Origin: Nitrosopumilus sp.
GTDB taxonomy: Archaea; Thermoproteota; Nitrososphaeria; Nitrososphaerales; Nitrosopumilaceae
Reading direction: 5' to 3'
NCBI GenBank assembly: GCA_965214775.1
Contig: OZ243974.1
Coordinates: 2,464,001-2,528,000, forward strand
Length of the DNA stretch: 64,000 nucleotides
This document shows positions 9,316 to 17,949 of the stretch, in pieces (position 1 is the stretch's first letter; each line of letters starts with the position of its first letter). The translations under genes and the position numbers were made by a program. Below the pieces are notes generated by a model. That model ran no database searches. It was given only the letters and a program-made list of their open reading frames with translations, and had not been told where the DNA came from.

Positions 9316-10758
9316 GTGAGTGACACCGCAAAAAAGGCGTGGGGACGGCACCGGAGGCTGCTTGAGGATCCCGACGTGAGGCGGTGGTGCGACAACATCG
9401 CAAGGGGAAGCGTGGTGACGGCCGAGGTCAGGCTGGGCAGGCTCGGCATCTACTGTGAGAGGACCGGCACCACTCCCAGGGCCTTTGCGCAGGCCGGAGT
9501 CGACGACGTGAAGAAAGTGGAGGACATGCTGATGGATCACGTCTCGTTTCTGGAGGGCAGGGGATACGCGCCCTCGTACATAGCAGACATCCTCACGGCG
9601 CTGCGCTCCTGGCTGTCGTTCAACTACGTCAGGCTTGCCCGGAGGATAAGGATCAAGAATGCGGACATTCCGGTGACGCTGGAGGACGAAGTGATTCCGA
9701 CCAGGGAGAGGATCCAGGACGTGCTGGACTCGGCGCCGGCAAGGGAGCGCGTGTCGATATCGCTGATGGCCTTCTCAGGGGTGCGACCGCAGGTGCTGGG
9801 CAACCACCACGGCGAGGACGGCCTCAAGGTGAGGGACATCCCGGATCTGGAGACAGACGGCAACGACGTCTCCTTTGCCCGGACGCCTGCAAGGATAACC
9901 GTAAGGCCGCAGCTGAGCAAGGCGGGACACCAGTACTTTACGTTCCTGCCAGAGGCCGGGTGCAGGTACATGCAGGGATACCTCAGGGAGAGGATCGCGG
10001 GGGGCGAGAAGATCGGACAGGACTCGCCCATAATCACGTTCGTGAGGGGGTACCGCGCAAAGTCAGGCGGCAAGACGTGTCACGTGAGGACGGTCACGGT
10101 GGCCAAGGGGATCAAGGGCGCCTTTGGCATAATCATGAGGGAGCGGCCCTACGTCCTGAGGTCGTACTTTGACACGCAGCTGCTGCTTGCAGAGAGCAGG
10201 GGCGCGATGACGCACGCGTACCGCCAGTTCTTCATGGGCCACAGGGGCGACATCGAGGCAAGGTATACCACCAACAAGCACAGGCTTGCCGACGAGCTCG
10301 TATCGGACATGAGGGAGGCCTACGGGCGCAGCCAGGGGTTCCTCGTACCGGGCGCCGAGGGGGAGGAGGCGGCGGCATCAAAGGACAGAAGGGAGCTGCT
10401 GCTTGAGATGTGGAGGGAGCAGGCGCAGCTGTACGGAATCGACCCCGTGAAGATAAGGATAGAAAGGCAGGGGGCGTCATCATCATCGCAGGGCAAAAGA
10501 GCCGGGCAGGCAGCTGCCGCAGATGATCAGATAGGCGCCATCAAGGCGGCCATTCAAAGGATAATCAGGGGGGAGGGCGGGGCACAGCCACTGGCAGGCG
10601 GCAAAAAGCCATACGAGGGCAGGCTGGTCGACGGCGAGAAGGATCTCGTGGCGTGCATCGAGGACGGATGGGAGGTCATAAGGGAGCTGAACGGCGGCAA
10701 GGTCCTTCTAAGACGCAGCACCGCAGGCGGGAGGGCGCCCCGTCACCCCGGCCAGTGA
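9316..10758 (+). CDS. Tyrosine recombinase / site-specific integrase (archaeal type)
   Basis: SGVRP (R), LSKAGH (K), RPYVLRSYF (YxxR in place of HxxR), FMGH, EARY (Tyr nucleophile); N-terminal SAM-like region. Confidence 0.9.
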   Translation: MSDTAKKAWGRHRRLLEDPDVRRWCDNIARGSVVTAEVRLGRLGIYCERTGTTPRAFAQAGVDDVKKVEDMLMDHVSFLEGRGYAPSYIADILTALRSWLSFNYVRLARRIRIKNADIPVTLEDEVIPTRERIQDVLDSAPARERVSISLMAFSGVRPQVLGNHHGEDGLKVRDIPDLETDGNDVSFARTPARITVRPQLSKAGHQYFTFLPEAGCRYMQGYLRERIAGGEKIGQDSPIITFVRGYRAKSGGKTCHVRTVTVAKGIKGAFGIIMRERPYVLRSYFDTQLLLAESRGAMTHAYRQFFMGHRGDIEARYTTNKHRLADELVSDMREAYGRSQGFLVPGAEGEEAAASKDRRELLLEMWREQAQLYGIDPVKIRIERQGASSSSQGKRAGQAAAADDQIGAIKAAIQRIIRGEGGAQPLAGGKKPYEGRLVDGEKDLVACIEDGWEVIRELNGGKVLLRRSTAGGRAPRHPGQ

Positions 10759-10952
10759 CCCGGCCGGCCCTCCATTTTCTGGCACGCCATCCCGGACGTT
10801 GCGGAGGGCGGCGCGTTGATCAGCTCAGGCCGCCTCCATGATGCCTGCATCTGCCCCGTCCGAGATCTCCACGTGCAGACAGCAGTGGGGATTCCTCCTG
10901 AAATGCCAGACCGGACCGGATGACCACGATGCAACGCCATCCTCCCGGAAGC

Positions 10953-11021
10953 TGGCAACGGTTGCCAACTAGCGGGAACCTTTCTTCTCTGTAGTTGGCA
11001 ACGGTTGCCAACTAGCGGGAA
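10953..11021. repeat. 43-bp-period repeats with 23-bp palindromes, cluster 1
   Basis: TGGCAACGGTTGCCAACTAGCGGGAA at 10953 and 10996. Confidence 0.85.
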
Positions 11022-11151
11022 TCAGCAGATCCGACTGTACCTGAAGACGCGGCAGAACGCCACGTTTTGACGATCATCTGATCCGTAGCGAACAGGCACA
11101 AAGATCCATGAGGAGCCAAGCAGGGAGGAGAAAAAGGCGCATGTGTAACCG

Positions 11152-11440
11152 CCATTTGATCTCCGGCCTTGAGAGGATCAAAGCCGTGGTCGTCAAAGGT
11201 ATTGCCATGCTTGCCTGCACCACGACTCGGGATGCTCCGCCCGCATCACCCGTCCTGAGATCTTTTCCCGCAGGCCTTGCCCCCACAGGCTTTCATTGTC
11301 GTGCCGTTTGACTCGTCGTCCACCGGAAGAAGCTCCATGCCCCAAGCCACAGCCTGTCTGCAAGTCTCTTTGGGACGCCGGACACGGCTGCCCCGCTGCC
11401 GTGCCCACAGATGACCCCGGGCCATGCCTTTCGTACGGAT
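11152..11440 (-). pseudogene. Decayed AbrB-like gene, array module 1
   Basis: Minus frames give VRKAWPGVICGHGSGAAVSGVPKRLADRLWLG and ...LSRPEIK; frameshifted, stop lost; close paralog of module 2. Confidence 0.6.
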
Positions 11441-11559
11441 TCCGTGCGTCCAGAGCCTGGACAAACTCAGGGCGTGTCTTTGCAAGCTTTGCAAAAAAAC
11501 CTTGCAATCTTTGCAAAGACGTTCGTGGCAGGCTGACTCGCATTACCCTGTGGTTTCCC

Positions 11560-11850
11560 AAAAAACGAGACCAGAGCGCCCGGGCCCTCAACGAGGCCCC
11601 TGACCCCACACAGCCTTCCGGGGAGTCAGAGTCGTCCCGGTCCCTTATCTTCACCTGAGTGAAAAATTCCCTCAGGCCCCACACTGTCATTCCGGATCGA
11701 GGGCCGAGGCATTCTCGCGGGCTGAAATCACTACGATTAATCACAGATGACTGATCTCAAGACTTCACAATGATGTCATGTCTGGGGAAGGGGTCGAAAC
11801 TGTCAGAAAACATGGCAGGAACCAAAGCATGAGAAACAGAGTTGTAAACA
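11560..11850. repeat. Conserved hairpin-rich module core, copy 1 of 4
   Basis: GGGCCC hairpin-CTGACCCC-CCGGG..CCCGG hairpin-CACCTGAGTGAA..CCTCAG; recurs near 12988, 13915, 15278. Confidence 0.85.
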
Positions 11851-11901
11851 GCTGCCGGGAGCACGTAAGGTACAACATGACAAAGTGGAAAGAGATGTAG
11901 C

Positions 11902-11982
11902 GCGCACATCAAAAAATGGATCATGGTTTTGCCGCATCGTGCCTATTTCGATAAAAAACATCCCGTTTTCGACTGTGCGCAC
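11902..11982. repeat. ~80-bp dispersed MITE-like repeat
   Basis: GCGCAC...GTGCGC ends; inverted homologs at ~54397-54474 and, partially, 43797-43840. Confidence 0.6.
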
Positions 11983-12315
11983 CATGACCGGCCATCCTTC
12001 GGGCATTCTGCCTTACCGCATAATCCTGCCTGAAATTTGAAACTTGGCAAAAAAATCACCAAGATGATCAGCGGATCCCCGGCCAAGAGGGCCAGGGATC
12101 ATCGATGATGGGAGGTTGCCCCCGGGCGGCACTGCCTGCCGGGATCTTGGTGATCATGTCCACATATCGCATCCCGGGGATGGGGCAAGCTCTTGCCTTG
12201 GCGATCCCCCGATGATATCTGCGTTTATCCTGCGAGTTCCCCTCGGGCAGGCAGCAGTGAGTATTTTCCTAAAGCGCCAAAGGCCGAGCCGGATGACCGC
12301 AATGCAACACCGCAA

Positions 12316-12430
12316 TCTTCCCTGTAGTGGACTACAGTAGCCCACTAGCGGGAACTTTTCTTCCCTGTAGTGGACTACAGTAGCCCACTAGCGGGAACTT
12401 TTCTTCCCTGCTACTGGCAACCGTTGCATG
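12316..12430. repeat. 43-bp-period repeats with 23-bp palindromes, cluster 2
   Basis: TAGTGGACTACAGTAGCCCACTAGCGGGAACTTTTCTTCCCTG at 12325 and 12368, plus a degenerate TGGCAACCGTTGCA unit. Confidence 0.85.
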
Positions 12431-12438
12431 TGTAATCA

Positions 12439-12745
12439 TCATTTGATCTCCGGCCTTGAGAGCGGATCAAAGCCGGGATCATCAAAGGAATTGTCGTGTC
12501 TGGGCCTGTCCCGCGCCTTTGAGGGCGCGCCGTCCACACCGCCCGTCTTGAGATCCTTTTTTGCAAGCCTTGCCTTCATCGGCTTTGCCATTGTCGTGCC
12601 GTCTGACTCGCCCGTCAGGAGAAACCCCTCCCCCCCTCTATGCTCCAAGCCACAGCTTGTATGCAAGTCTCTTTGGGACGCTGGACACGACTGCCCCACT
12701 GCTGTGCCCGCAGATGACTCTGGGCCATGTTTTTTGTACAAGTTA
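12439..12745 (-). pseudogene. Decayed AbrB-like gene, array module 2
   Basis: QKTWPRVICGHSSGAVVSSVPKRLAYKLWLGA* then a frameshift into ..RLAKKDLKT..DPLSRPEIK*. Confidence 0.62.
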
Positions 12746-12822
12746 CATGCATTCAGAGCTTGAAACAAACTCAGGGCACGTTTTTGCAAGCTTTGCAAAA
12801 AAACCTTGCAAGCTTTGCAAAG

Positions 12823-12940
12823 GTAACAGGTTAGCCCCTGCCTAGAGTTGGAGTTGCATCCCTTGCCGGCCAGGCATGAAAATCACAACTGCAGGCAGAT
12901 TCATGCCTGATTGCTGCTTAGGCAGGGGCTAACCTGTTAC
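12823..12940. mobile_element. 118-bp MITE with IS66-like GTAA ends
   Basis: Perfect 22-bp TIR GTAACAGGTTAGCCCCTGCCTA; 8-bp TSD TTGCAAAG (12815-12822, 12941-12948); empty site visible in the paralog at ~11511. Confidence 0.92.
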
Positions 12941-12987
12941 TTGCAAAGACATTCGTGGCAGGCTGACTCGCATTACCCCGTGATTTT

Positions 12988-13280
12988 CCAAAAAACAAGA
13001 CCAGGATGCCCGGGGCCCTCAACGAGGCCCCTGACCCCACACAGCCTTCCGGGGAGTCAGAGTCGTCCCGGTCCCTTATCTTCACCTGAATGAAGAACTT
13101 CCTCAGACCCCACACTGTCATTCCGGATCGAGGGCCGAGATATCCTCGCTGGCTGAAATCATTACGATTAATCACAGAGGACTAATCTCAAGATTTCATA
13201 ATTATGTCATGTCTGGGGAAGGGGCCGAAACTGTCAGAAAACATGGCAGGAACCAAAACATGAAAAACAGAGTTGTAAAC
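12988..13280. repeat. Conserved hairpin-rich module core, copy 2 of 4
   Basis: Near-identical to 11560-11850. Confidence 0.85.
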
Positions 13281-13425
13281 AGCCATTGGGAGCACGTAAT
13301 ATACAACATGACAAAGTGGAAAAAGATAGGGCTTGACAGGTGTCACATATGGTCCAAAAGCCCCCAGATACACCAGATTCACGCCTCCCTTGTGGATGAG
13401 GAGAAAAGAGACGTAAGGCTGATGT

Positions 13426-13734
13426 CTATTTGATCCTGAATTTTTCCAAGGCACTCGTCCTAGGGGCGGCCTCTCCGGCGGGGGAGCCTTCGTTCTTTTG
13501 TCTGCATTCCCTCATTGCCTCATCAAAGACCCGCTCATATCGGTCAATGTCTGTGAGGTCCTTTTTTGACAGGCTCTTTCCACCCGGTGTCAGCACGATT
13601 TTGCCGCCAAGGTCGTGGAACCGTATGTGTTCGCCTGATCTCAAACCTAGGCTTTGTACCATCACGGACGGAACGACCACAAAAAATGAACAATTGTCCT
13701 TGATGCGGAGCCTTCGCTCATGTATTTTTTCCAT
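13426..13734 (-). CDS. AbrB/MazE-like DNA-binding protein, array module 3 (102 aa)
   Basis: ERRLRIKDNCSFFVVVPSVMVQSLGLRSGEHIRF swapped-hairpin pattern; CTTAAA TATA about 26 nt upstream of ATG; ends ..EKFRIK. Confidence 0.75.
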   Translation of the reverse strand: MEKIHERRLRIKDNCSFFVVVPSVMVQSLGLRSGEHIRFHDLGGKIVLTPGGKSLSKKDLTDIDRYERVFDEAMRECRQKNEGSPAGEAAPRTSALEKFRIK

Positions 13735-13769
13735 GCCGTCAGCAAATGTTGGATATTCATTTAAGACTC

Positions 13770-13855
13770 GGTGCCAAAGGCGCCAAAAAATGGCGCCAAA
13801 GGTGCGTTTGGTACCTGCCCGACAGGGGCCAAAGGCGCCAAAAAATGACGCCAAA
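13770..13855. repeat. Six GGCGCCAAA-type direct repeats upstream of module 3 AbrB
   Basis: Copies at 13770, 13779, 13792, 13825, 13834, 13847 (two blocks, 55-bp period). Confidence 0.85.
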
Positions 13856-13914
13856 GGCCCTAATCTCCGAGGGCCAGTAACGGAATTTCAACTCGCATTA
13901 ATACACAAAACACG

Positions 13915-14195
13915 AAAAACGAAACCAGAACACAAGGGCCCCCGAAGGGCCCCCTGACCCCCCACAGCCTTCCGGGACGCCGAACCGTCCCAGTCCCTTA
14001 TCTTTACCTGAGTGAAAAATTCCCTCATATCCCATTGAATCAGGCAATCGTCTTTGGATAGACAGGATGAAATCATGCCCGCCAACCGGGAATCATTACA
14101 GTTAACCCCGGATGATTGATTTCAAAATTAGTGTCATGTCCGGAGGAATATCAAGAACCATGGCAGGAATCAAGAACATGAAAAACAGAGTTTAT
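13915..14195. repeat. Conserved hairpin-rich module core, copy 3 of 4
   Basis: GGGCCC-CCGAA-GGGCCC, CTGACCCC, GGGACG/CGTCCC, ACCTGAGTGAAAAATTCCCTCA. Confidence 0.8.
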
Positions 14196-14567
14196 CAATT
14201 CTGAGGATATTGGCTATTTCCCTTTCTATCCTGTCATGATACATCATGTGTCTCGGAATCTTTTGAATCTTTTGCACGCCAAAAATCTGTAATTTTTAAT
14301 CACTCATTGGCTGTCATAGGAATCATCCGGGGAGATCATCTTCCCAAGGACAGGACGGGGGCCTTGTCGCCTGTGGTTGCAGGATGCCCTAAAAGCAGAG
14401 TCCGCAGCTCCGGATAAAGCCGTCCCGGGCATGTCAGATACAACATGGCAAAGCGGAAAAACTTGGCTTTGAGCAGTGTCACGTGTGGTCAAGGAACCCA
14501 AAGGTTCACGAGATCCTCGCCGGCCTTGACGAAAAAGAGGGACGGATGTCAGGACTGGTGTCATTTG
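14112..14567 (+). pseudogene. Decayed unknown ORF ('X') convergent with the next AbrB gene
   Basis: Peptide blocks conserved among modules (SE[DG]IGYFPFYPV..SRNLLN; HV[RI]YNM[AT]K; CH[IV]WS) interrupted by stops and frameshifts. Confidence 0.5.
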
Positions 14568-14827
14568 ATGTGGAGTTTTTTGAGCTTTTCTGCAGACAGA
14601 TCCGTCTCCCTCATCATGTCGTCCAGAACCCTGTCGTACTTGGTCCTGCCCTTCTCCGGGACATCTGCTGTATGCGCGGGGATCAGCTCCAGCCTGTCCG
14701 GGTGCGCCCCGAACTCGACGAGCTGGCCCTCGGCAATGCCGAGATCGTCTGCCAGCGCCTTTGGAACCGTAACGATGAGGCTGTCGCCCTGCCTGCGCAC
14801 CTTTCTGTAGTGTTTTCTTTCAGACAC
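14561..14827 (-). CDS. AbrB/MazE/SpoVT-family DNA-binding protein, array module 4 (88 aa)
   Basis: YRKVRRQGDSLIVTVPKALADDLGIAEGQLVEF classic AbrB motif; GTG start about 23 nt after CTTAAA; ends ..KKLHIK. Confidence 0.85.
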   Translation of the reverse strand: MSERKHYRKVRRQGDSLIVTVPKALADDLGIAEGQLVEFGAHPDRLELIPAHTADVPEKGRTKYDRVLDDMMRETDLSAEKLKKLHIK

Positions 14828-14879
14828 ATACTGTAACCGTGTTCTTTGATTTAAGGGCCAGAGTTTTTTTGCAAAATGT

Positions 14880-15222
14880 ACATAATGTAGCTTTTCACTA
14901 TTTTCAGGCTTCAAAAAGCTACATTTTCACTACTTCCGGTTCAACATAATGTAGCTTTTCACTATTTTCAGGCTTCAAAAAGCTACATTTTCACTACTTT
15001 TCAAATCACTATTTTCACTACTTTCACTACTTTTCAAATCACTATTTTCACTACTTTCACTACTTTTCAAATCACTATTTTCACTACTTTCACTACTTTT
15101 CAAATCACTATTTTCACTACTTTCACTACTTTTCAAATCCATACTTTCACTATTTTTTGCACTCACAAATCCATACTTTCACTATTTTTTGCACTCACAA
15201 ATCCATACTTTCACTATTTTTT
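14880..15222. repeat. TTTCACTA-based tandem repeats upstream of module 4 AbrB
   Basis: 33-bp unit TTTCAAATCACTATTTTCACTACTTTCACTACT about 4 times, plus duplicated flanking variants. Confidence 0.9.
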
Positions 15223-15277
15223 GCCCCATGATTTCAACTCCCACACACCAGACCTCTCGCATTATACCACCACACAC

Positions 15278-15550
15278 GAGAAACGAGACCGGCCCGCCCG
15301 GGCCCCTACGGGGGCCCTTGACCCCCGACAACCTTCTGGGACGTCAGAGCCGTCCCAGCCCCTTGAGTCCTACCTGAATGAAGAACTTCCTCAGACTCCA
15401 TACCATAGCTAAGCCGACGAGATAAAACCAACCATCCACGGGCTATCATTAACCACAGATAACCAATTTTAAAATCATAATATCATGTACGGAGGAATGT
15501 CAAGAATCATGACAGGAGTCAAATGACCATGAAAACACGGAGTTTACAAA
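15278..15550. repeat. Conserved hairpin-rich module core, copy 4 of 4
   Basis: GGGCCCC-TACG-GGGGCCC and CTGGGACG-N7-CGTCCCAG; homology to copy 3 continues to ~15655. Confidence 0.8.
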
Positions 15551-15706
15551 ATCTGAGGGTATTGGCTATTTCCCTTTCTATCCTGTCACGATGTACTACA
15601 CGTCTCGGAATCTTTTGAACTTTTTGCCCCTCAAGATTCATGATATTTTTAATCATTCTTTGGTTATCATCAGATCATTTGAGAATATTAGACTTTATGC
15701 GTAATC

Positions 15707-16900
15707 GGGGTTGTCCAAAAAATTTCCGCAAAACGACCGACAAGCTTATAGATCATGAGCGCACGGCGCCGAAAATGATTTTGATCTGCCGATCCTGGAT
15801 ATCCCAATGAGCAACAACAGGAAGGACACGGACTATAACCGCCTTTACGAGCAAAAGCGCAGGCAGGAGAGCTCCCGCAAGAAGAGGACAAGGAGGAACC
15901 TGGGAAAGATCGTACGCAGGGTGGCCAAGAAGATGGCCGCCGAAACGGGAATCGATGCCGGCCTTGCGTGGTCTGCCATACGCATTGCGATCCTCAGAAT
16001 CGAGAATCGCCTGTCCTACAGGAGGATGGTCACGCACCTGGAGTCAAACCCGGACGATCTCAGGAGATGCGGCCTGAGTCGTACGCTCTCCAAGTCGACG
16101 CTGCACAACAGGATGACCATGCTCTGGAGAATGGGCAAGGACTTTATGGACGAGGTCGTACTGGCCATGTCCGAAGGCGAGCGCATAGCGGACCTGCACG
16201 GCGACTCGACGGGATTCGGCCTCCGCAAGTACAAGAGCTGGAGCCACGCAAAACATGGGGAGGTGACCGGACACGACTTTGCAAAACTGCACGCAATTGC
16301 TGCAATCGGGGGCAAGATACTGTCATTTGAGGCCACGCCGGGCACGTCGGGGGACTCGCCGGAGTTTGCCCGCATGATGAGCCGCATCCCCAAGGGCGGA
16401 TACGGAATCGTGGCGCTGGATTCGGCATACGACTCGTACAAAAACTGCGAGCTGATTGCAAAGAGCGGCCGCGGACCTGTCATAAAGCCGGCAAAGGGGC
16501 ATGAAAAGCCACGCGGGTTTGGCGCCCGGGCCAGGATGCTGCAGTGGCTGCGTGACAGGCCAGACGAGTTCTGGCAGGCCTATCACAAGAGGAGCCAGGC
16601 AGAGTCCCTGTTCTCGGTAATGAAGGAAAGGGCTGGATCCGTCCTGCGTGCAAAGCTGGACGGAACCATCACTGTAGAGCTGTTCGCTCGCGTGTTGTGC
16701 TACAACCTTACGGTGTAAATCATCACAAATCCCGTACTGTTGGACCGCAACACTACCGTAAGGTATGGCCTGCATGGATATTTGCGTTGCTGTATGCGCC
16801 GTTCTGGCCGTCCGGGGCCGCCAAGTGCTCTATATTGCCGTCTGAGACTGCCTATATCGGGGGCAAATTGGCAGCCTGCGGAAAAAAATTGGACAACCCC
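15707..16900 (+). mobile_element. IS5/IS4-like insertion sequence
   Basis: TIRs GGGGTTGTCCAA.. / ..TTGGACAACCCC; no TSD seen. Confidence 0.8.
15807..16718 (+). CDS. DDE transposase
   Basis: GDSTG, KLHA, LDSAYDS, YHKRSQAESLFSVMK. Confidence 0.88.
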   Translation: MSNNRKDTDYNRLYEQKRRQESSRKKRTRRNLGKIVRRVAKKMAAETGIDAGLAWSAIRIAILRIENRLSYRRMVTHLESNPDDLRRCGLSRTLSKSTLHNRMTMLWRMGKDFMDEVVLAMSEGERIADLHGDSTGFGLRKYKSWSHAKHGEVTGHDFAKLHAIAAIGGKILSFEATPGTSGDSPEFARMMSRIPKGGYGIVALDSAYDSYKNCELIAKSGRGPVIKPAKGHEKPRGFGARARMLQWLRDRPDEFWQAYHKRSQAESLFSVMKERAGSVLRAKLDGTITVELFARVLCYNLTV

Positions 16901-16908
16901 ACACGCGG

Positions 16909-17949
16909 TGTTTCATATGAAAATTAGTTCCGCCCCTCATTAGTATCCTTCTCCATCCATTTGGGGTCGCTTTTCCTGATCGCTTCTGTGGCCTCCCGGC
17001 TCCGGAACGCCATTCTGGGAGTCTCTGCACGCTTGATGTCAAGCGACCAGTGCGTCCTGTGCTCGTTGTAGAACTCGATGAACTCGTCTACCTTCTCAAA
17101 GTGCGTCAGCTCCTTCTCAAGCGTTCTGAACCACCTCTCCAACTTGCCGTTGGTCTGGGGGTGATGCGGACGCGAGTTGAGCAGGACGATGCTGTGCTCT
17201 AGCAGCTCGTTCTCAAACAGCGTGGGCGTCCAGCTGCCCCTTGGGGTACCGCGCCTGGCTGACGTAAAGCAGCTGCCGTTGTCCGAGAGTACCTGGGCCG
17301 GCGTCCCGAACTCTTTGATGGCCTTGCGCAGCACCAGGACTGCGTTCTCCGAGGTCGCGCGCTCAAAGACGCCAAATCCGGTTATGCACCGCGAGGAATC
17401 GTCAAGATATGCCACCAGATTGAGTTTTTCTAGGCGTGAATCCTTCATTTCGTGCCAGTCCACGTGCCACATTGCATTGGAGTACTTGCGCTCATAGCGC
17501 AGCCACTTGAGCTGTCTGGGTCTGGCAGGCGAGCCGTCCGTTATTCCCTCGACCTTCATGATCCTGTATACTGCATGGTAGCTTATCTGCCTGCCTGCGG
17601 CCCTCATGCGCAATGCCAGCCTCTCCACACCCGACGGCATCCGCGCATATGCGTCAAGGACCGCCTCCACATCCACGGGATCCGTGTCCATGCAGGGCCT
17701 TCCTGCCCCGCTCCGTGGCAGGACTGTGCCGGAGCTGCGGAATCTGGCCCATATCTTCCTGACATACCTGTCGCTGATGCCCAGCTCCCGGGCTATCTGC
17801 TTTGCAGGCACGCCCTTTTTCCTCTGCTTTTCTATGTACCGGAGCGACTTTTCCTCCAATTTTTTCCTCACGTTTTTTGATCGGTACAGCCTAAAATAAT
17901 CCTTCAAAGTACGCCTGATCTTAGGCGGAACTAATTTTCGTATGATAGA
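16909..17949 (-). mobile_element. IS481-family insertion sequence
   Basis: 26-bp imperfect TIR TGTTTCATATGAAAATTAGTTCCGCC; 15-bp direct repeat CAACCCCACACGCGG at 16894-16908 and 17950-17964. Confidence 0.88.
16924..17871 (-). CDS. IS481-family (rve) transposase
   Basis: HTH, WHVDW, LDDSSR, LSDNGSCF, HPQTNGKLERW; start set at GTG inside the TIR-bounded interval. Confidence 0.9.
   Translation of the reverse strand: MRKKLEEKSLRYIEKQRKKGVPAKQIARELGISDRYVRKIWARFRSSGTVLPRSGAGRPCMDTDPVDVEAVLDAYARMPSGVERLALRMRAAGRQISYHAVYRIMKVEGITDGSPARPRQLKWLRYERKYSNAMWHVDWHEMKDSRLEKLNLVAYLDDSSRCITGFGVFERATSENAVLVLRKAIKEFGTPAQVLSDNGSCFTSARRGTPRGSWTPTLFENELLEHSIVLLNSRPHHPQTNGKLERWFRTLEKELTHFEKVDEFIEFYNEHRTHWSLDIKRAETPRMAFRSREATEAIRKSDPKWMEKDTNEGRN

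Noticed and set aside
11650-11680. Hammerhead ribozyme in the module core
   Set aside because: CTGAGTGA/CTGAATGA does not fit CUGANGA, and the required stems and GAAA are not arranged correctly.
10953-12430. 43-bp repeats as a mini-CRISPR
   Set aside because: The would-be spacers are only ~15 bp, palindromic and identical within a cluster; there are no cas genes in the window.
14975-15166. ORF with DLKSSESSENS repeats, or a CRISPR array
   Set aside because: It is the translation of a pure tandem repeat with no unique spacers, in the slot where other modules have unrelated repeats.
9316-15690. Classical integron
   Set aside because: The integrase lacks recognisable IntI features and no canonical attC (RYYYAAC..GTTRRRY) flanking cassettes was seen; only an analogy is kept.
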